A DNA stretch of 64,000 nucleotides. It comes from a virus. Lineage: Duplodnaviria; Caudoviricetes. This document shows, one piece after another, positions 46,762 to 56,704 of the stretch. The position numbers and the translations under genes were made by a program. Position 1 is the stretch's first letter, and every line of letters starts with the position of its first letter. Under the pieces are notes generated by a model. It was not told the origin of the DNA. It was given only the letters and a program-made list of their open reading frames with translations, and did not search any database. The stretch spans positions 1,940 to 65,939 of the IMG/VR virus record IMGVR_UViG_2540341035_000003. One strand, written 5' to 3'.

Positions 46762-47103
46762 ATGGCGGCTGGCCCCCTCGACCAGCGCGCGCAGTTCCTG
46801 CGCCGCGCGATCATCAAGGATGCGGATGGCCAGGTGGTCAGCCGTGGCGACTACGAGCCGACCTTCGTCCGCTGGGCGAACTTCAGGGCGCTGTCCGCGC
46901 GGGAAGCCGCACAGGGTGGTGCGGCTCAGAACGTGGCCAGCGGCGTGCTGACGGTCCGGGACGGACCCCAGGCCCGCACCATCGTCAACGGGGATCGGGT
47001 GCAGCTGCTCGGCCGCGACTTCAACATCGATGGCGTCGCCCTGCCGGATCGCTCCACCGGCACGATCGCGCTGAACATCTCCTCGACGCTCGGGGGCGAA
47101 TGA
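46762..47103 (+). CDS. Head-closure (stopper) protein
   Basis: AGPLDQR..F, RWAN, DRVQL..FNI; position. Confidence 0.8.
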   Translation: MAAGPLDQRAQFLRRAIIKDADGQVVSRGDYEPTFVRWANFRALSAREAAQGGAAQNVASGVLTVRDGPQARTIVNGDRVQLLGRDFNIDGVALPDRSTGTIALNISSTLGGE

Positions 47104-47681
47104 TGCCCGATCTCGGCGCCACCTTCGGCTACCTCGGCCAGGGGCAAGCTGCTCTCGACCTGACCGGTGCGGCCCGCGGGTTCGATCAGCGCCCCGGCGT
47201 GCTGTCCGGTCTGCGCCTCGTCGACACCGTTTCCGGCATCATCGGGATCGACCGCATCTCCGGGCAGCTGGCGAAATACGCCGTGAAGCTGGCGCTGAAG
47301 AGCGACCAGGCCAGCCTGCATGCCGCCCAAGAGATGGTCGAGCTGATGCGCTCCCGGGTGCCGCAGGATTCCGGCCTGCTGCTGAACGGGATCGGCTACC
47401 GGCGCGAAGGCAGCTTCTACCTCGTCGAGGCCACTGCGGACCGCGGCGGCTACGATTACGCGCTGGCGGTCGAGGCCGGTCACCATGCCGGCGGCACGCA
47501 CGCGGACGCCGACTTCTTCGCCGACACGACAGGCAAGGGCGGACGGCGGGTGCGCGAGTCTCACGAGACCGACGTGCCGGGGCAGCCCTTCTTCTACGGC
47601 TCGGTGCGCGAGGCGCTCTCCGATTGGAGCAAGGAGCTCGGGTCGAGCATCGGGTCCTCCGCGCGCGAGGAAGGTCTCTGA
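47100..47681 (+). CDS. HK97 gp10-like tail completion protein
   Basis: SRVPQDSGLLLNGI, YALAVEAG, GQPFFY. Confidence 0.75.
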   Translation: MMPDLGATFGYLGQGQAALDLTGAARGFDQRPGVLSGLRLVDTVSGIIGIDRISGQLAKYAVKLALKSDQASLHAAQEMVELMRSRVPQDSGLLLNGIGYRREGSFYLVEATADRGGYDYALAVEAGHHAGGTHADADFFADTTGKGGRRVRESHETDVPGQPFFYGSVREALSDWSKELGSSIGSSAREEGL

Positions 47682-48148
47682 TGGCTGCTGCGCCGTCCAC
47701 CCCCGAGCTCGCCCTGCGCGACGCCATCCGGACGCTGCTGAAGGCCGATACGGGCTTCGTAGCGATCGCCGGCAAGCAGATCTTTGACGAGGTGCCGTCA
47801 TCGCTGGGCGAGGCCGCACCGAAGGTGAAGCCGCCCTACGCCTATTTCGGCCCCATGCGGCGGACCGGGTACGAGATCATTTGCAGCGAGTCCTGGACGA
47901 TCCAGGCGCGGCTCTACGCCGTGTCCACCGCCTTCAACCGTGATCAGGGCTGGCTGCTCATCGACGCGATGGTGCGCGCCCTCAACCAGCTTGAGCAGCC
48001 CGACTTGCCGCTCGCCGATCCCTACAGCCTGCGCACGCCCCTCGTGGTCGGCCAGGCCGGGGACGTGATCGCCCCGCTCCAGGCGAAGTCGGTCTTCTTC
48101 GACCTCACCACCAGCATCGCCCGGCCTCTGCCGGGACAGGAGGACTGA
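47681..48148 (+). CDS. Tail terminator (DUF3168-like)
   Basis: ELALRDAIRTLL..IFDEVP..PPYAYFG. Confidence 0.8.
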   Translation: MAAAPSTPELALRDAIRTLLKADTGFVAIAGKQIFDEVPSSLGEAAPKVKPPYAYFGPMRRTGYEIICSESWTIQARLYAVSTAFNRDQGWLLIDAMVRALNQLEQPDLPLADPYSLRTPLVVGQAGDVIAPLQAKSVFFDLTTSIARPLPGQED

Positions 48149-48150
48149 CC

Positions 48151-48594
48151 ATGGCAGAGCCCGCACTGCTTCCCGGCAACCGATTCCGCGCCTATCGCGG
48201 AGCGGGCGCCGCCGCCAAGTTCGTGTGCTTGGCGACCGCGATCACTCTTACGCAGACGAATGCGTTCGAGGATGCCACCGTCGCGGACTGCGATAACCCG
48301 CTGGCGATCCCGGACCGGAAGAGCATCAAGACCTCCAAATCCTGGGGCGGCCGTTTCGCCGGGTCCATGGCGGCGGATCACCTCGCTGAGTTCCAGGCGG
48401 ACGCCGACAGCGACGACCCGGTGCCATACGAATTCCGCGTTGACCCGAAGGATGCGACCGGCGCTGGCAAATGGGTCGGCGACGTCTTCGTCGAGAGCTT
48501 CGAGGTCACGAAGACCAACAACGGCATCGTGAGCTTCACCGTGCAGTTCCGCGGTGATGGCCCGCTGGCCTGGGTTGCGGGTGCCAGCACGTGA
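48151..48594 (+). CDS. Major tail tube protein
   Basis: Acidic 147-aa protein; D.T..DC..P, W.G..FVESFE..F.VQFRGDGP. Confidence 0.82.
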   Translation: MAEPALLPGNRFRAYRGAGAAAKFVCLATAITLTQTNAFEDATVADCDNPLAIPDRKSIKTSKSWGGRFAGSMAADHLAEFQADADSDDPVPYEFRVDPKDATGAGKWVGDVFVESFEVTKTNNGIVSFTVQFRGDGPLAWVAGAST

Positions 48595-49010
48595 GCGAGG
48601 CGGACACCTCCCGCACGCTCGTTACGGCGCCGTTCGCCGGGCGCGAGTGCCGGTTCCAGCTTCGGCTCGGGGAGATGGCCGAACTGGAGCGGCTGTGCGG
48701 CGCCGGCATCGGCGCGATCTTCATGCGGCTCGGCACGCACCAGTTCTCGCATCGAGACGTGTGGGACACCATCCGCCTCAGCCTCGAAGGCGGCGGCATG
48801 AGCGGGATCGCGGCTTCGGCGCTGGTGGTTCGCTACCAGAACGAGCCGCTGATGGATTACCTGCCGCTCGCCGGCCAGATCGTGGCGGCGGCAGTGAACG
48901 GTGTCCCCAAGGGAAAAGCCGAGACCGAGGGGGAGAGCCCAGCCGACCCGGCGACCTCTCGGTCTTCATCGGAGCCGGGGCGGTCGCGGGCTTCTCGCCG
49001 GAAGAGGTGA
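48591..49010 (+). CDS. Tail assembly chaperone G
   Basis: LRLGEMAELERLCG, GGGM; position before the tape measure gene. Confidence 0.8.
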   Translation: MSEADTSRTLVTAPFAGRECRFQLRLGEMAELERLCGAGIGAIFMRLGTHQFSHRDVWDTIRLSLEGGGMSGIAASALVVRYQNEPLMDYLPLAGQIVAAAVNGVPKGKAETEGESPADPATSRSSSEPGRSRASRRKR

Positions 49011-49144
49011 AGCGGATGACGCTGGCCGAATGGCACGTCGTCATCGAGGCCTTCATCGCCGCCAACAGCCCCCCGGAAGAGGGCACCAGCGAGGACGAGT
49101 TCCTCGCGGTGCTGGCCGAAGAGATGGCGGCAGGCCGCGCCTGA
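48911..49144 (+). CDS. Tail assembly chaperone T, reached by -1 frameshift at GGGAAAA (48911-48917)
   Basis: X XXY YYZ heptamer in phase (AAG GGA AAA); the -1 frame reads GFSPEEVKRMTLAEW. Confidence 0.75.
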   Translation, partial: GKSRDRGGEPSRPGDLSVFIGAGAVAGFSPEEVKRMTLAEWHVVIEAFIAANSPPEEGTSEDEFLAVLAEEMAAGRA

Positions 49145-49171
49145 CCGCCCGTCGATAGCAGGAACGCCGAC

Positions 49172-51472
49172 TTGGCCGAACCGCTCGTCATATCGTTTGC
49201 CGCGGACACGTCGCGCGCTCAGAGCGCGATGGCGTCGCTGGCTTCGCAGATCGTGGGCAACATGACCTCGATCGGCGTAGCCATGTCCGGCGGCGCGGCG
49301 AACGCGAACTCGTTCAGCGGCAGCCTGTCCGGCCTGGCGAGCAACATCCAGCGCGCGGCCTCGGCCGTGGGCCAGGACGTCCGGAACATATCGACGGCCA
49401 CGGCCAACGCCGCGACAGCCGATAAGGCGACTCTCGAGGGCGTCGTCCGAGCCTTCACAGGCGCGGCGGCAGCCTCGACCACGGCCGGCACGGCGGTGCG
49501 TTCCGGCCTCACGGCCACCACCAGCACGATCACGGGCGTCGCGGCACAGATCCCCTCGCTGAACACGCTCCTGGCGGTGTTCCTCGGGTTCGAGGCCGCG
49601 AAGCTCGTCTTCGACAGCGTGTCCGCTTCGATCGAGGCCGCGCGCAAGCACATCGCCGAGTACGTCCAGATCGGCAAGGACGCGGAGAAGGTCGGCGTCG
49701 GGACAGATTTCTTCCAGCGCGCCACGCTCGGCGCGGACAAGTTCGGCCTGAAGGTCGAGCAGGTGGTCGCCGCGCTTCAGCACGCGCGCGACGCCAGCGA
49801 GATCAAGATCGGCGAAGGCAAGGACGGCACGAACACGTCGGCGATCGACGGGCGCCTGCAGCAGAACGTGCGGGCCGGCAACCTCTCGGCCGGAGACAAG
49901 GCCGCCTTCGACAACGCGAACGGCCAAGAGGCCAAGATCCGGGTCATGCTCGACCTGATCGAGAAGCTCCGGGCCAGCTCGCGCGACGTCGCGGCGTTCG
50001 ACCTCGCCGGCAAGTTCTTCGGGCCCGACTACGAGCGCCAGCTTCGCAGTGGCGTCGACCTCACCAACCAGCTGCGCGACACGCTTAACAGCACCTCGAC
50101 CACGGTGGCGGGGGTGCGCATCGTCGGCGTCGACGAGGTCGAGCGCGCCAATCAGCTCGACGCCAAGGCGAAGGATATCGCTGACACCTTTGCGAATGCC
50201 CTGGCGCCGATCCAGCGCGACATCTCGAACGCGGTGCTGGATACCTACAGCGCCTTTCTGAGCGTCGAGGCGGTGATCGCCCGCGTGGTGCAGATCGCGG
50301 TCAACCTGTACCAGACCATCAGCGGTGTCGTCGGTCAGGTGCGCGACCTGGTCGGCTCCATCCCGGGCATCGGCAAGATCATCACCGCCGGTAACCCGAT
50401 CACCTTCCTCCAAGAGGTCGGCCGCGCCACCGGCGCCATCGACCCCGAGGTGCAGGGGCCGCCGGCGCCGCTGAACGTGAAGGTGCGGCCGAAGGGGCCG
50501 GATCGCTCTGCCGTTCTACCGTCGCTGCACACGCCGAAGGGGCGAGGCGGCGGGTCCGAGAGCGAGAGCCTCGATGCAATCGAGACGCTGATCAATCAGC
50601 TGGAGAAGGCTCGGGACACCGCGAAGGCCGAGCTCGACAACGTCGGCAAGACCAACGTCGAGCGCGAGAAGGCGATCGCATTGGCCAAGGCCGAGGCCGC
50701 CGCCCGGGAAGAGGTCAAGAAGGGCAACCGCACCGACCCGGCCCTGGACGATGACGAGCGCACCCGGGTGCTCGCCGCTGCCGAGGCGATGCAGAAGTAC
50801 AAGGATGCCACCGACAATGCGCAGCAGGCCTTGCGCCAGAGCGTCGAGGCGGCCCGCTTCTTCGCGCAGTCGGCTTCCGACGGACTGGCCGACGCCATCA
50901 TCAACGGCAAGTCGTTCGGCTCGGTGCTGACCGACATCACCAAGCAGCTGGAGCGCTCGGTTCTCACGGGCCTACTGACCGGCACCGGGCCGCTTGCCGG
51001 GCTGCTGGGGACTGCGCCGGCCGCCAGCCTCGGTAGCAACGCCACGGGCGGGCTCCTGGGCAACCTATTCGGCGGCCTGACCAAGAGCGGCGGCGCGTCC
51101 GCCGGATCTCCGCTCCCTGGTGCGCAGGGCCCGAGCCTGCCGACGGGCGGCCTGTTCGACATCTTCGGCAGCCTATTCCGGGCGAATGGCGGCCCAGTTT
51201 CGGCGGGCCAGCCGGTAACGGTCGGCGAGATGGGCCGCGAGCTGTTCGTGCCGAACGCAGACGGCAAGGTCATGCCGATCATGGGCGGGGCCGCAGGAGC
51301 CGGACCGCAGTCGGTCGATCAGAGCCGCACCTACTCGATCGACGCGCGGGGAGCACAGGTGGGCGTTGCGGACCAGATCACGGCGGCGCTCGGTGCATAC
51401 GATCGCGGCCTGAACCGCACGCTCGCGTCGCGCACCGCTGTCGCCAACCGGCGCTACAGCACCGGTCGTTGA
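49172..51472 (+). CDS. Tape measure protein
   Basis: TTG start, Ala-rich helical sequence, C-terminal GGPV..G..VGEMGRELFVP. Confidence 0.92.
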   Translation: MAEPLVISFAADTSRAQSAMASLASQIVGNMTSIGVAMSGGAANANSFSGSLSGLASNIQRAASAVGQDVRNISTATANAATADKATLEGVVRAFTGAAAASTTAGTAVRSGLTATTSTITGVAAQIPSLNTLLAVFLGFEAAKLVFDSVSASIEAARKHIAEYVQIGKDAEKVGVGTDFFQRATLGADKFGLKVEQVVAALQHARDASEIKIGEGKDGTNTSAIDGRLQQNVRAGNLSAGDKAAFDNANGQEAKIRVMLDLIEKLRASSRDVAAFDLAGKFFGPDYERQLRSGVDLTNQLRDTLNSTSTTVAGVRIVGVDEVERANQLDAKAKDIADTFANALAPIQRDISNAVLDTYSAFLSVEAVIARVVQIAVNLYQTISGVVGQVRDLVGSIPGIGKIITAGNPITFLQEVGRATGAIDPEVQGPPAPLNVKVRPKGPDRSAVLPSLHTPKGRGGGSESESLDAIETLINQLEKARDTAKAELDNVGKTNVEREKAIALAKAEAAAREEVKKGNRTDPALDDDERTRVLAAAEAMQKYKDATDNAQQALRQSVEAARFFAQSASDGLADAIINGKSFGSVLTDITKQLERSVLTGLLTGTGPLAGLLGTAPAASLGSNATGGLLGNLFGGLTKSGGASAGSPLPGAQGPSLPTGGLFDIFGSLFRANGGPVSAGQPVTVGEMGRELFVPNADGKVMPIMGGAAGAGPQSVDQSRTYSIDARGAQVGVADQITAALGAYDRGLNRTLASRTAVANRRYSTGR

Positions 51473-51475
51473 TCC

Positions 51476-52060
51476 GTGGGCATCTTCGACGCTGCTGGCG
51501 CTGCGGTTCTCCGGGGCGACACGATCACCGCGGAGATCCTGGCGTACTTCGACTTCGCATCCGCGCCCCAGCGCGTGCATGCTGGCTTCGGACCGCTCTC
51601 GGCCGGCGGCCACATCTGGCAGGGTATGGGCGGCCTCGGATCGGTCTCGGACATCGAGAGCGCGGTCGGGGGCATCGCTCCGCTGGTGTCCTTCACGCTC
51701 TCCGGCGTTGGACCGGAGATCGCCAACGACGTCGTGAACGCCAAGGCCGAGGTGAAGGGCCGGGGCTGCTTCGTCTACCTGCAGCTCTACGACTCGGACC
51801 TGACGCCGCTCGGCGGCCTCTACACCATGTATCGCGGCGTGATGGACCGGTTGATCCACACCGCCACCAGCGCGGACGCCTGGACCGCACAGTTGACTGC
51901 CGAGACCCGGTTCTCTCGCCGCGGCCTTCCGCCATTCGGAAATCTCACCGACCGGGATCAGCAAGCCCGCTACCCGGGCGACGCTGGCCTGTTCGACATC
52001 TCTGCCATGATCAATCGGAGGCGTCCGTGGAATCCCGAGATCCCGGAGGACAAGACTTGA
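51476..52060 (+). CDS. Tail tip/baseplate hub-like protein
   Basis: WQGMGGL, SFTLSGV, RRGLP..LTDRDQQARYPGD; position after the tape measure gene. Confidence 0.7.
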   Translation: MGIFDAAGAAVLRGDTITAEILAYFDFASAPQRVHAGFGPLSAGGHIWQGMGGLGSVSDIESAVGGIAPLVSFTLSGVGPEIANDVVNAKAEVKGRGCFVYLQLYDSDLTPLGGLYTMYRGVMDRLIHTATSADAWTAQLTAETRFSRRGLPPFGNLTDRDQQARYPGDAGLFDISAMINRRRPWNPEIPEDKT

Positions 52061-52434
52061 GCACGTTCCTGCGGGCGATGGGCCGTGCGACCTTCGTATG
52101 GGGTGAGTGCGACTGCTCACTCGTCATGGCGGATTGGTGCCGGAAGATGCGCGGTGTCGATCCGGCAGCGAGCCTGCGCGGCCGCTACAGAACGGCACGT
52201 GGCGCGATCCGGCATGTGCGGCGCCTCGGCGGCTTCGAGGCGATGGCGCGCTCGCTCATGGCCGGTTGCGGCTTCGCGACGACGCAAGCGCCGCGGCCTG
52301 GCGATGTGGGCCTGGTCGAGCACCCCGCTGTCGGCCCTGTGTTCGCGATCCGTTGCGCGCTCGGTTGGGCGGTGAAGAGTCCCGAGGGTGTGGCGGTCGA
52401 CGATTATGCGACCGTCGTGGCCTGGAGCGTCTAA
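52057..52434 (+). CDS. NlpC/P60-like tail assembly protein (DUF6950-like)
   Basis: FVWGECDC..ADW..G.DPA..RGRY, PGDVG; TTG start overlapping the upstream stop. Confidence 0.8.
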   Translation: MSTFLRAMGRATFVWGECDCSLVMADWCRKMRGVDPAASLRGRYRTARGAIRHVRRLGGFEAMARSLMAGCGFATTQAPRPGDVGLVEHPAVGPVFAIRCALGWAVKSPEGVAVDDYATVVAWSV

Positions 52435-53882
52435 TGCCAGCTGCGATCGGCGCTGCCGTCATCGGGGAACTGGCCCTTGGCGCGACCGCTGAACTGGTCG
52501 TTGGCTACGCCGTCCTCGGTGTGGGCTTCATCGGCGTCAACTACGCCGCCCAGGCGCTATTCGGGGGCGAAAAGCGCGCCGATGCTCAGGTCACGGTCCG
52601 GCAGGCCATAGCACCGCGCCGCCGCGTGCTCGGGCAGGCAATAATTGGCGGCGTGATCTTCGTGCTTGAGACTACGGAGTACGATAATCCTGACGACGAC
52701 AAAGCTAAGATCCTCTATCGCGGCGCGATCCACTGCGTCGGTCCGGTCACCATCCTTCAGTATTACCTCGGCGATGTGAAAACGGGGTTGGCTTCCGGGT
52801 ACGGCGGCATCGTTCCGGATAGCGTCTATCAGGGTAAGGTCGTAATCGAAGGGCACCTGGGAGCCGACAATCAGCCAGCGTCGGCCGCTCTGCTGAAACT
52901 GCCGTACTGGGGGGCTGATAAGCAGCTCAACGGGCTCTGCTACAGCGTCGTTGTTGCCACTCCGCTGAAGAAGGGCAGCCAGATCTTCCCCGAGGGCGCC
53001 CCGGACGTCCGACTGCTCGTGACCGGCGATTTCTCCTATGACCCGCGCACCGGTGGCTATGCCTACACCGACAATGCCGCGATCCTGTTGCTCGACTACC
53101 TAATGCATGAGAGCGGCTACAGCCTCGCCCTGTCCGAGATCAATCTGCAGAGCTTCGCGGACCTCGCCGACGTCTGCGACGAGCAGGTGCCGCTCATCGT
53201 GCCGGATCCGAACGGGGCGACGTCAGAACTGCGCTACCGGTCCTGGGGCAGCTACGACTATTCCGAGCAGCGCGCCGATGTGCTCGGTCGGATGCTCGCT
53301 GCTTGTGACGGCGAGCTCTACCAAGACGGCGACGGACTCGTGGCCGTGCGCGGAGGACGCTGGCAGGCGCCGACGTTCACCATCGACGAGAGCATGATCC
53401 AGGGCTGGGATCAGCTCGAGGAAGGTGACGAGGCGTACAATACCTTCACGCGGGTCAAGCACACCTACACCTCGCCCTGGCACGACTATCAGCCGACCGA
53501 GGGCGACCCATGGGACGATTTTGCCGCCCAAGCGCTTCAAGGCGTCATCGAGACCGAGAAGAGCTTCATCCGGGCTCCCTCGCACAGCCAGTCCCGGCGG
53601 TTGGCCAAGATCGCGATGGCCAAGGGCAACCCGCGGTTCCGGCTCACCGGCCTGCGGCTCTCGCTTGCGGGTCTACCGGCCTACGGCGAGCCGACCGTGC
53701 GCCTCGTGCTTCGATCCTTCGGCATCGACACGACGTTCGCGATCATGCGTGGCACACTTGCGATGGCCGGTAGTGCACTGACCAACGTGAAGCTCGACCT
53801 GATCAGCCTCGACGCCTCCGCCTACGCCTGGGATCCGGCGCAAGAGGGCGACCGGCCGCCGTTGCCCGACACGTACAACTGA
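52434..53882 (+). CDS. Tail tip (TipJ/Tal-like) protein
   Basis: RRRVLG..GG, YDPR, TDNAAILLLDY, MLAACDG, PSHSQSRRLAKI. Confidence 0.85.
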   Translation: MPAAIGAAVIGELALGATAELVVGYAVLGVGFIGVNYAAQALFGGEKRADAQVTVRQAIAPRRRVLGQAIIGGVIFVLETTEYDNPDDDKAKILYRGAIHCVGPVTILQYYLGDVKTGLASGYGGIVPDSVYQGKVVIEGHLGADNQPASAALLKLPYWGADKQLNGLCYSVVVATPLKKGSQIFPEGAPDVRLLVTGDFSYDPRTGGYAYTDNAAILLLDYLMHESGYSLALSEINLQSFADLADVCDEQVPLIVPDPNGATSELRYRSWGSYDYSEQRADVLGRMLAACDGELYQDGDGLVAVRGGRWQAPTFTIDESMIQGWDQLEEGDEAYNTFTRVKHTYTSPWHDYQPTEGDPWDDFAAQALQGVIETEKSFIRAPSHSQSRRLAKIAMAKGNPRFRLTGLRLSLAGLPAYGEPTVRLVLRSFGIDTTFAIMRGTLAMAGSALTNVKLDLISLDASAYAWDPAQEGDRPPLPDTYN

Positions 53883-53889
53883 GGCCGGC

Positions 53890-54597
53890 ATGGCAGATCC
53901 GCTACCCTGGCCGAGCGTGCTGGTGCCGTCCTCGGAGGACTGGTCCCTGCGCGGCGGCACGCGCTCGGGCGGCCAGACCTTCCAAGGTCACGAACAGATC
54001 GTCGCCTCGCCGACCGCGCGCTGGAGGGCCACGCTGACGATCCCATGCATGCAGCGCGAGCAGGTTATGGCCATGCGCCGCCTTGTAGCTCTGGGGCGCA
54101 CGCAGGCCTGGGCAGTTGGGCCGATCGAGACAGCACGCGCCCCCTGGAACGTCGACATGATCGGCGGGAAGATCACCTACGGTCGCGGAAGGAAAGACGC
54201 GGCTGTGAATCTCGCCTTCGAGACCGGGCCGGACACATCGTCGAGCCTGGATTTCCGGCTCGCGATAGACGCCAGCATGAACGGCACCACCCTGACCATC
54301 CAGCGCAATAAGGGCGGCGTGCTGGAGGTCGGCATGCTGTTTTCCATCGGCGGTCGGCTGCACATCCTCACCGATCTTCCGGCCGGGGATCCGGGCACGC
54401 TTGGCTTGCAAGGGCCCGCCGGGACAATCGGCATCGGCTTCCGCCCCTGGTTGCGGGCTGACTACACCGCCGACACGCCCATGGAATTCGGCGCGCCTGT
54501 CGGCCTGATGCGGCTCGCCTCCGACGACACGGGGTCTGCCGAGCTGCAGCTCTCCCGGCACGGCACCGTGACGCTCGATCTCATCGAAGCGTTCTGA
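53890..54597 (+). CDS. Distal tail (Dit-like) protein
   Basis: WPSVLVP..W.L..SGG..G.EQ..RWRATL, I.FRPWLR. Confidence 0.65.
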   Translation: MADPLPWPSVLVPSSEDWSLRGGTRSGGQTFQGHEQIVASPTARWRATLTIPCMQREQVMAMRRLVALGRTQAWAVGPIETARAPWNVDMIGGKITYGRGRKDAAVNLAFETGPDTSSSLDFRLAIDASMNGTTLTIQRNKGGVLEVGMLFSIGGRLHILTDLPAGDPGTLGLQGPAGTIGIGFRPWLRADYTADTPMEFGAPVGLMRLASDDTGSAELQLSRHGTVTLDLIEAF

Positions 54598-54626
54598 CGC
54601 GGCCCAAGCTTTCATCAGAGGTCAGC

Positions 54627-55979
54627 ATGGCGATCCCGAGGCCCGTCGCGGGCAACCCTGTTGCGACCTATGCCAGCATTCAAGCCCTGTGCTCTGCAGT
54701 CGATGCTATTTTAGCGGCGCTGGGACCCGTCCAGTCGTCGTTGAGCACTCTCGGCGCTGAGATACAGCAGACCGGATCCGATCTCAGCAGGCAGATCTCA
54801 AATTCGGTTGCCGCAGAGACGGCGGCGCGGCTCGATCAGTTCAAGACCGCGGTCGATAGCTTCACCGACATCCGCTCCGCGTTGGCTGATGTTCAAGCCG
54901 CCGCCGATGCTCGCTTCGACGATGCGGATGCGACGATCGCGGACGTCACGTCACGGCTTACCGCAGTCACGGGGCAGGTGACGACTTTTGCCGCGTCGCT
55001 TCTCGCGCAGAGGCTGGAGCTGTCGGCTCGCGAGGATCGGCCCGGCTGCGCCCCCACACGCTTCACAGTCGTTGCAGTGCCGTCGCAACTCTCTGGTCCG
55101 CGCTCAGGCATGACACCCGTGCCGGCCGCTCTAATCGCGGTTGGCGACGTTGGCCCCGTCGTCCGCATCGTAGGGTCTGGAATTGTCGCGCCGGTTCAGC
55201 CGGTCCCGCTAGAGGATGGTCGCCTCTACCGTTTCCGGTTCGCCGTTCAGCGCCGCATTAACCCGATCGATCCGAGCGGGGACGCCGTGGTCTGCGGGGT
55301 TGCGTACCTCGACCAGTCCTATCGGCTGCTCGGGTATGATGTGGTGGCCCTTCAGACGTACCCCGAGCTGACGAAGGCCAACGGGCGGCGCACCTGCGAG
55401 GCCCTGGTATCGCGCACTGCGGGGCTCGGCGCTTCCTTCGCCCCGCCCGATTCTGGAGCTCGCTTCGCCGTGCCGGTGGTCCGAACCTATGGGCCCGACG
55501 CGCTGACCGACGTCGAGGTGATCGGCGCCGACGATGTGACCGGCCAGTTCGTGCTCAGCCCCGCTGTGGCGGACTTCGAGGCACGCATGGCGGCCATGGA
55601 GAGCCTGCTCGCCGGCCAGCGCCTCGACAAGATCGAGAGCCAGGTCGGCACACCGAGCAAGCTCACCTTCGCCAGCGAGGGCGATGCCGCTTACGCGACG
55701 ATCCCCGCGAATGTGCAGGTCGTCGAACTCCTCGGACGCAGCTACGTCGGCGACGGCGGTCAGGGTCTCTACCTGAGAGCTCCAGGCACGCCCCCCGACG
55801 GGGCAGACACGATCACGTCCAACGGTGCTGTGTTCCAGCGCGTCGTGCCTGTCGCTGACGTGGTCGCGGGGATGCTGGCAAGCGGCTTCACCGCCTGGGT
55901 TGCGAGCCTGCCGACGTCGGCGCCGAGCGCCTCCGGTGTGGCTTGGAATAACGGTGGCGCGATCGAGGTCACTCCGTGA
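54627..55979 (+). CDS. Tail fibre/receptor-binding-like protein
   Basis: N-terminal coiled coil; GRSYVGDGGQGLY and LPTSAP..GVAWNNGG motifs typical of tail fibres and spikes. Confidence 0.7.
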   Translation: MAIPRPVAGNPVATYASIQALCSAVDAILAALGPVQSSLSTLGAEIQQTGSDLSRQISNSVAAETAARLDQFKTAVDSFTDIRSALADVQAAADARFDDADATIADVTSRLTAVTGQVTTFAASLLAQRLELSAREDRPGCAPTRFTVVAVPSQLSGPRSGMTPVPAALIAVGDVGPVVRIVGSGIVAPVQPVPLEDGRLYRFRFAVQRRINPIDPSGDAVVCGVAYLDQSYRLLGYDVVALQTYPELTKANGRRTCEALVSRTAGLGASFAPPDSGARFAVPVVRTYGPDALTDVEVIGADDVTGQFVLSPAVADFEARMAAMESLLAGQRLDKIESQVGTPSKLTFASEGDAAYATIPANVQVVELLGRSYVGDGGQGLYLRAPGTPPDGADTITSNGAVFQRVVPVADVVAGMLASGFTAWVASLPTSAPSASGVAWNNGGAIEVTP

Positions 55980-56626
55980 AGCCAGCATATTTCGACTTCC
56001 GCACCCCGGTGGGCGGCACGCCGCGGATGAGCGTCGTGCTTCACGGGCGCGATCCCCGCACCAAGGCTGTCGCGCGCTTGCCACTGCCCGGCACCACGAT
56101 CGAGTGGCTGGTGGAATGGCCCGATGGCGCGGCAGCGCTCGACCAGACGTCCGGGCTCTTGGTCGACGGCCGGACCGGTGCGTTCACTTATCCGATGACG
56201 GATGAGCGCGTGGCGGCGATCGAGGGGGCGCCAGGACCCATCCCATACCGGGTGCGCGTGAAGCTGTCTGACGGAAGCGCCTACCCATTCCTGACCGGCA
56301 CCGTCGGCCTCGGCGACCCCGCCCCGATGAGGCAAACCCCGATCTTTGCGGAGGATCTGTCCGTGGCCGCCTTCGACCCATCCTCCGGTATCGAGCCCTA
56401 TCTCGTGGGCATCATCTTGCCCTATCCGCTCGGAGCGGCTGACCAGGTCGCTGCCGCGGCCATCGAGATGGTCAGCCACTTGCTCGCCCAGCCCAACGTC
56501 GGGGCTGCGCTCGCTACCTCGCCCGATCTGAACGACGATAGTCCGCGGGTGGCGACCTCCGCGATGGTGCAGGCCGTCAAGCGGCAGATCCTGGCCGAAG
56601 TCCAGCAGATGATCGCGGCCGGCTGA
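55976..56626 (+). CDS. BppU-like tail adaptor 1
   Basis: beta-sandwich pattern ..DG..YPFLTG.V; DDSPRVATSAMVQ resembles the fibre ATTAFV motif. Confidence 0.55.
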   Translation: MKPAYFDFRTPVGGTPRMSVVLHGRDPRTKAVARLPLPGTTIEWLVEWPDGAAALDQTSGLLVDGRTGAFTYPMTDERVAAIEGAPGPIPYRVRVKLSDGSAYPFLTGTVGLGDPAPMRQTPIFAEDLSVAAFDPSSGIEPYLVGIILPYPLGAADQVAAAAIEMVSHLLAQPNVGAALATSPDLNDDSPRVATSAMVQAVKRQILAEVQQMIAAG

Positions 56627-56704
56627 AGCCACCGCAGCGGCTCTCGGCGCCGACCGACTCACGCCGGCTGTCGACCCTCCCCCCCCCACAATCGGATCTG
56701 ATCG

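Noticed and set aside
39550-50413. Long antisense ORFs across terminase, capsid and tape measure genes
   Set aside because: Antisense shadows of GC3-biased genes, with no motifs or RBS
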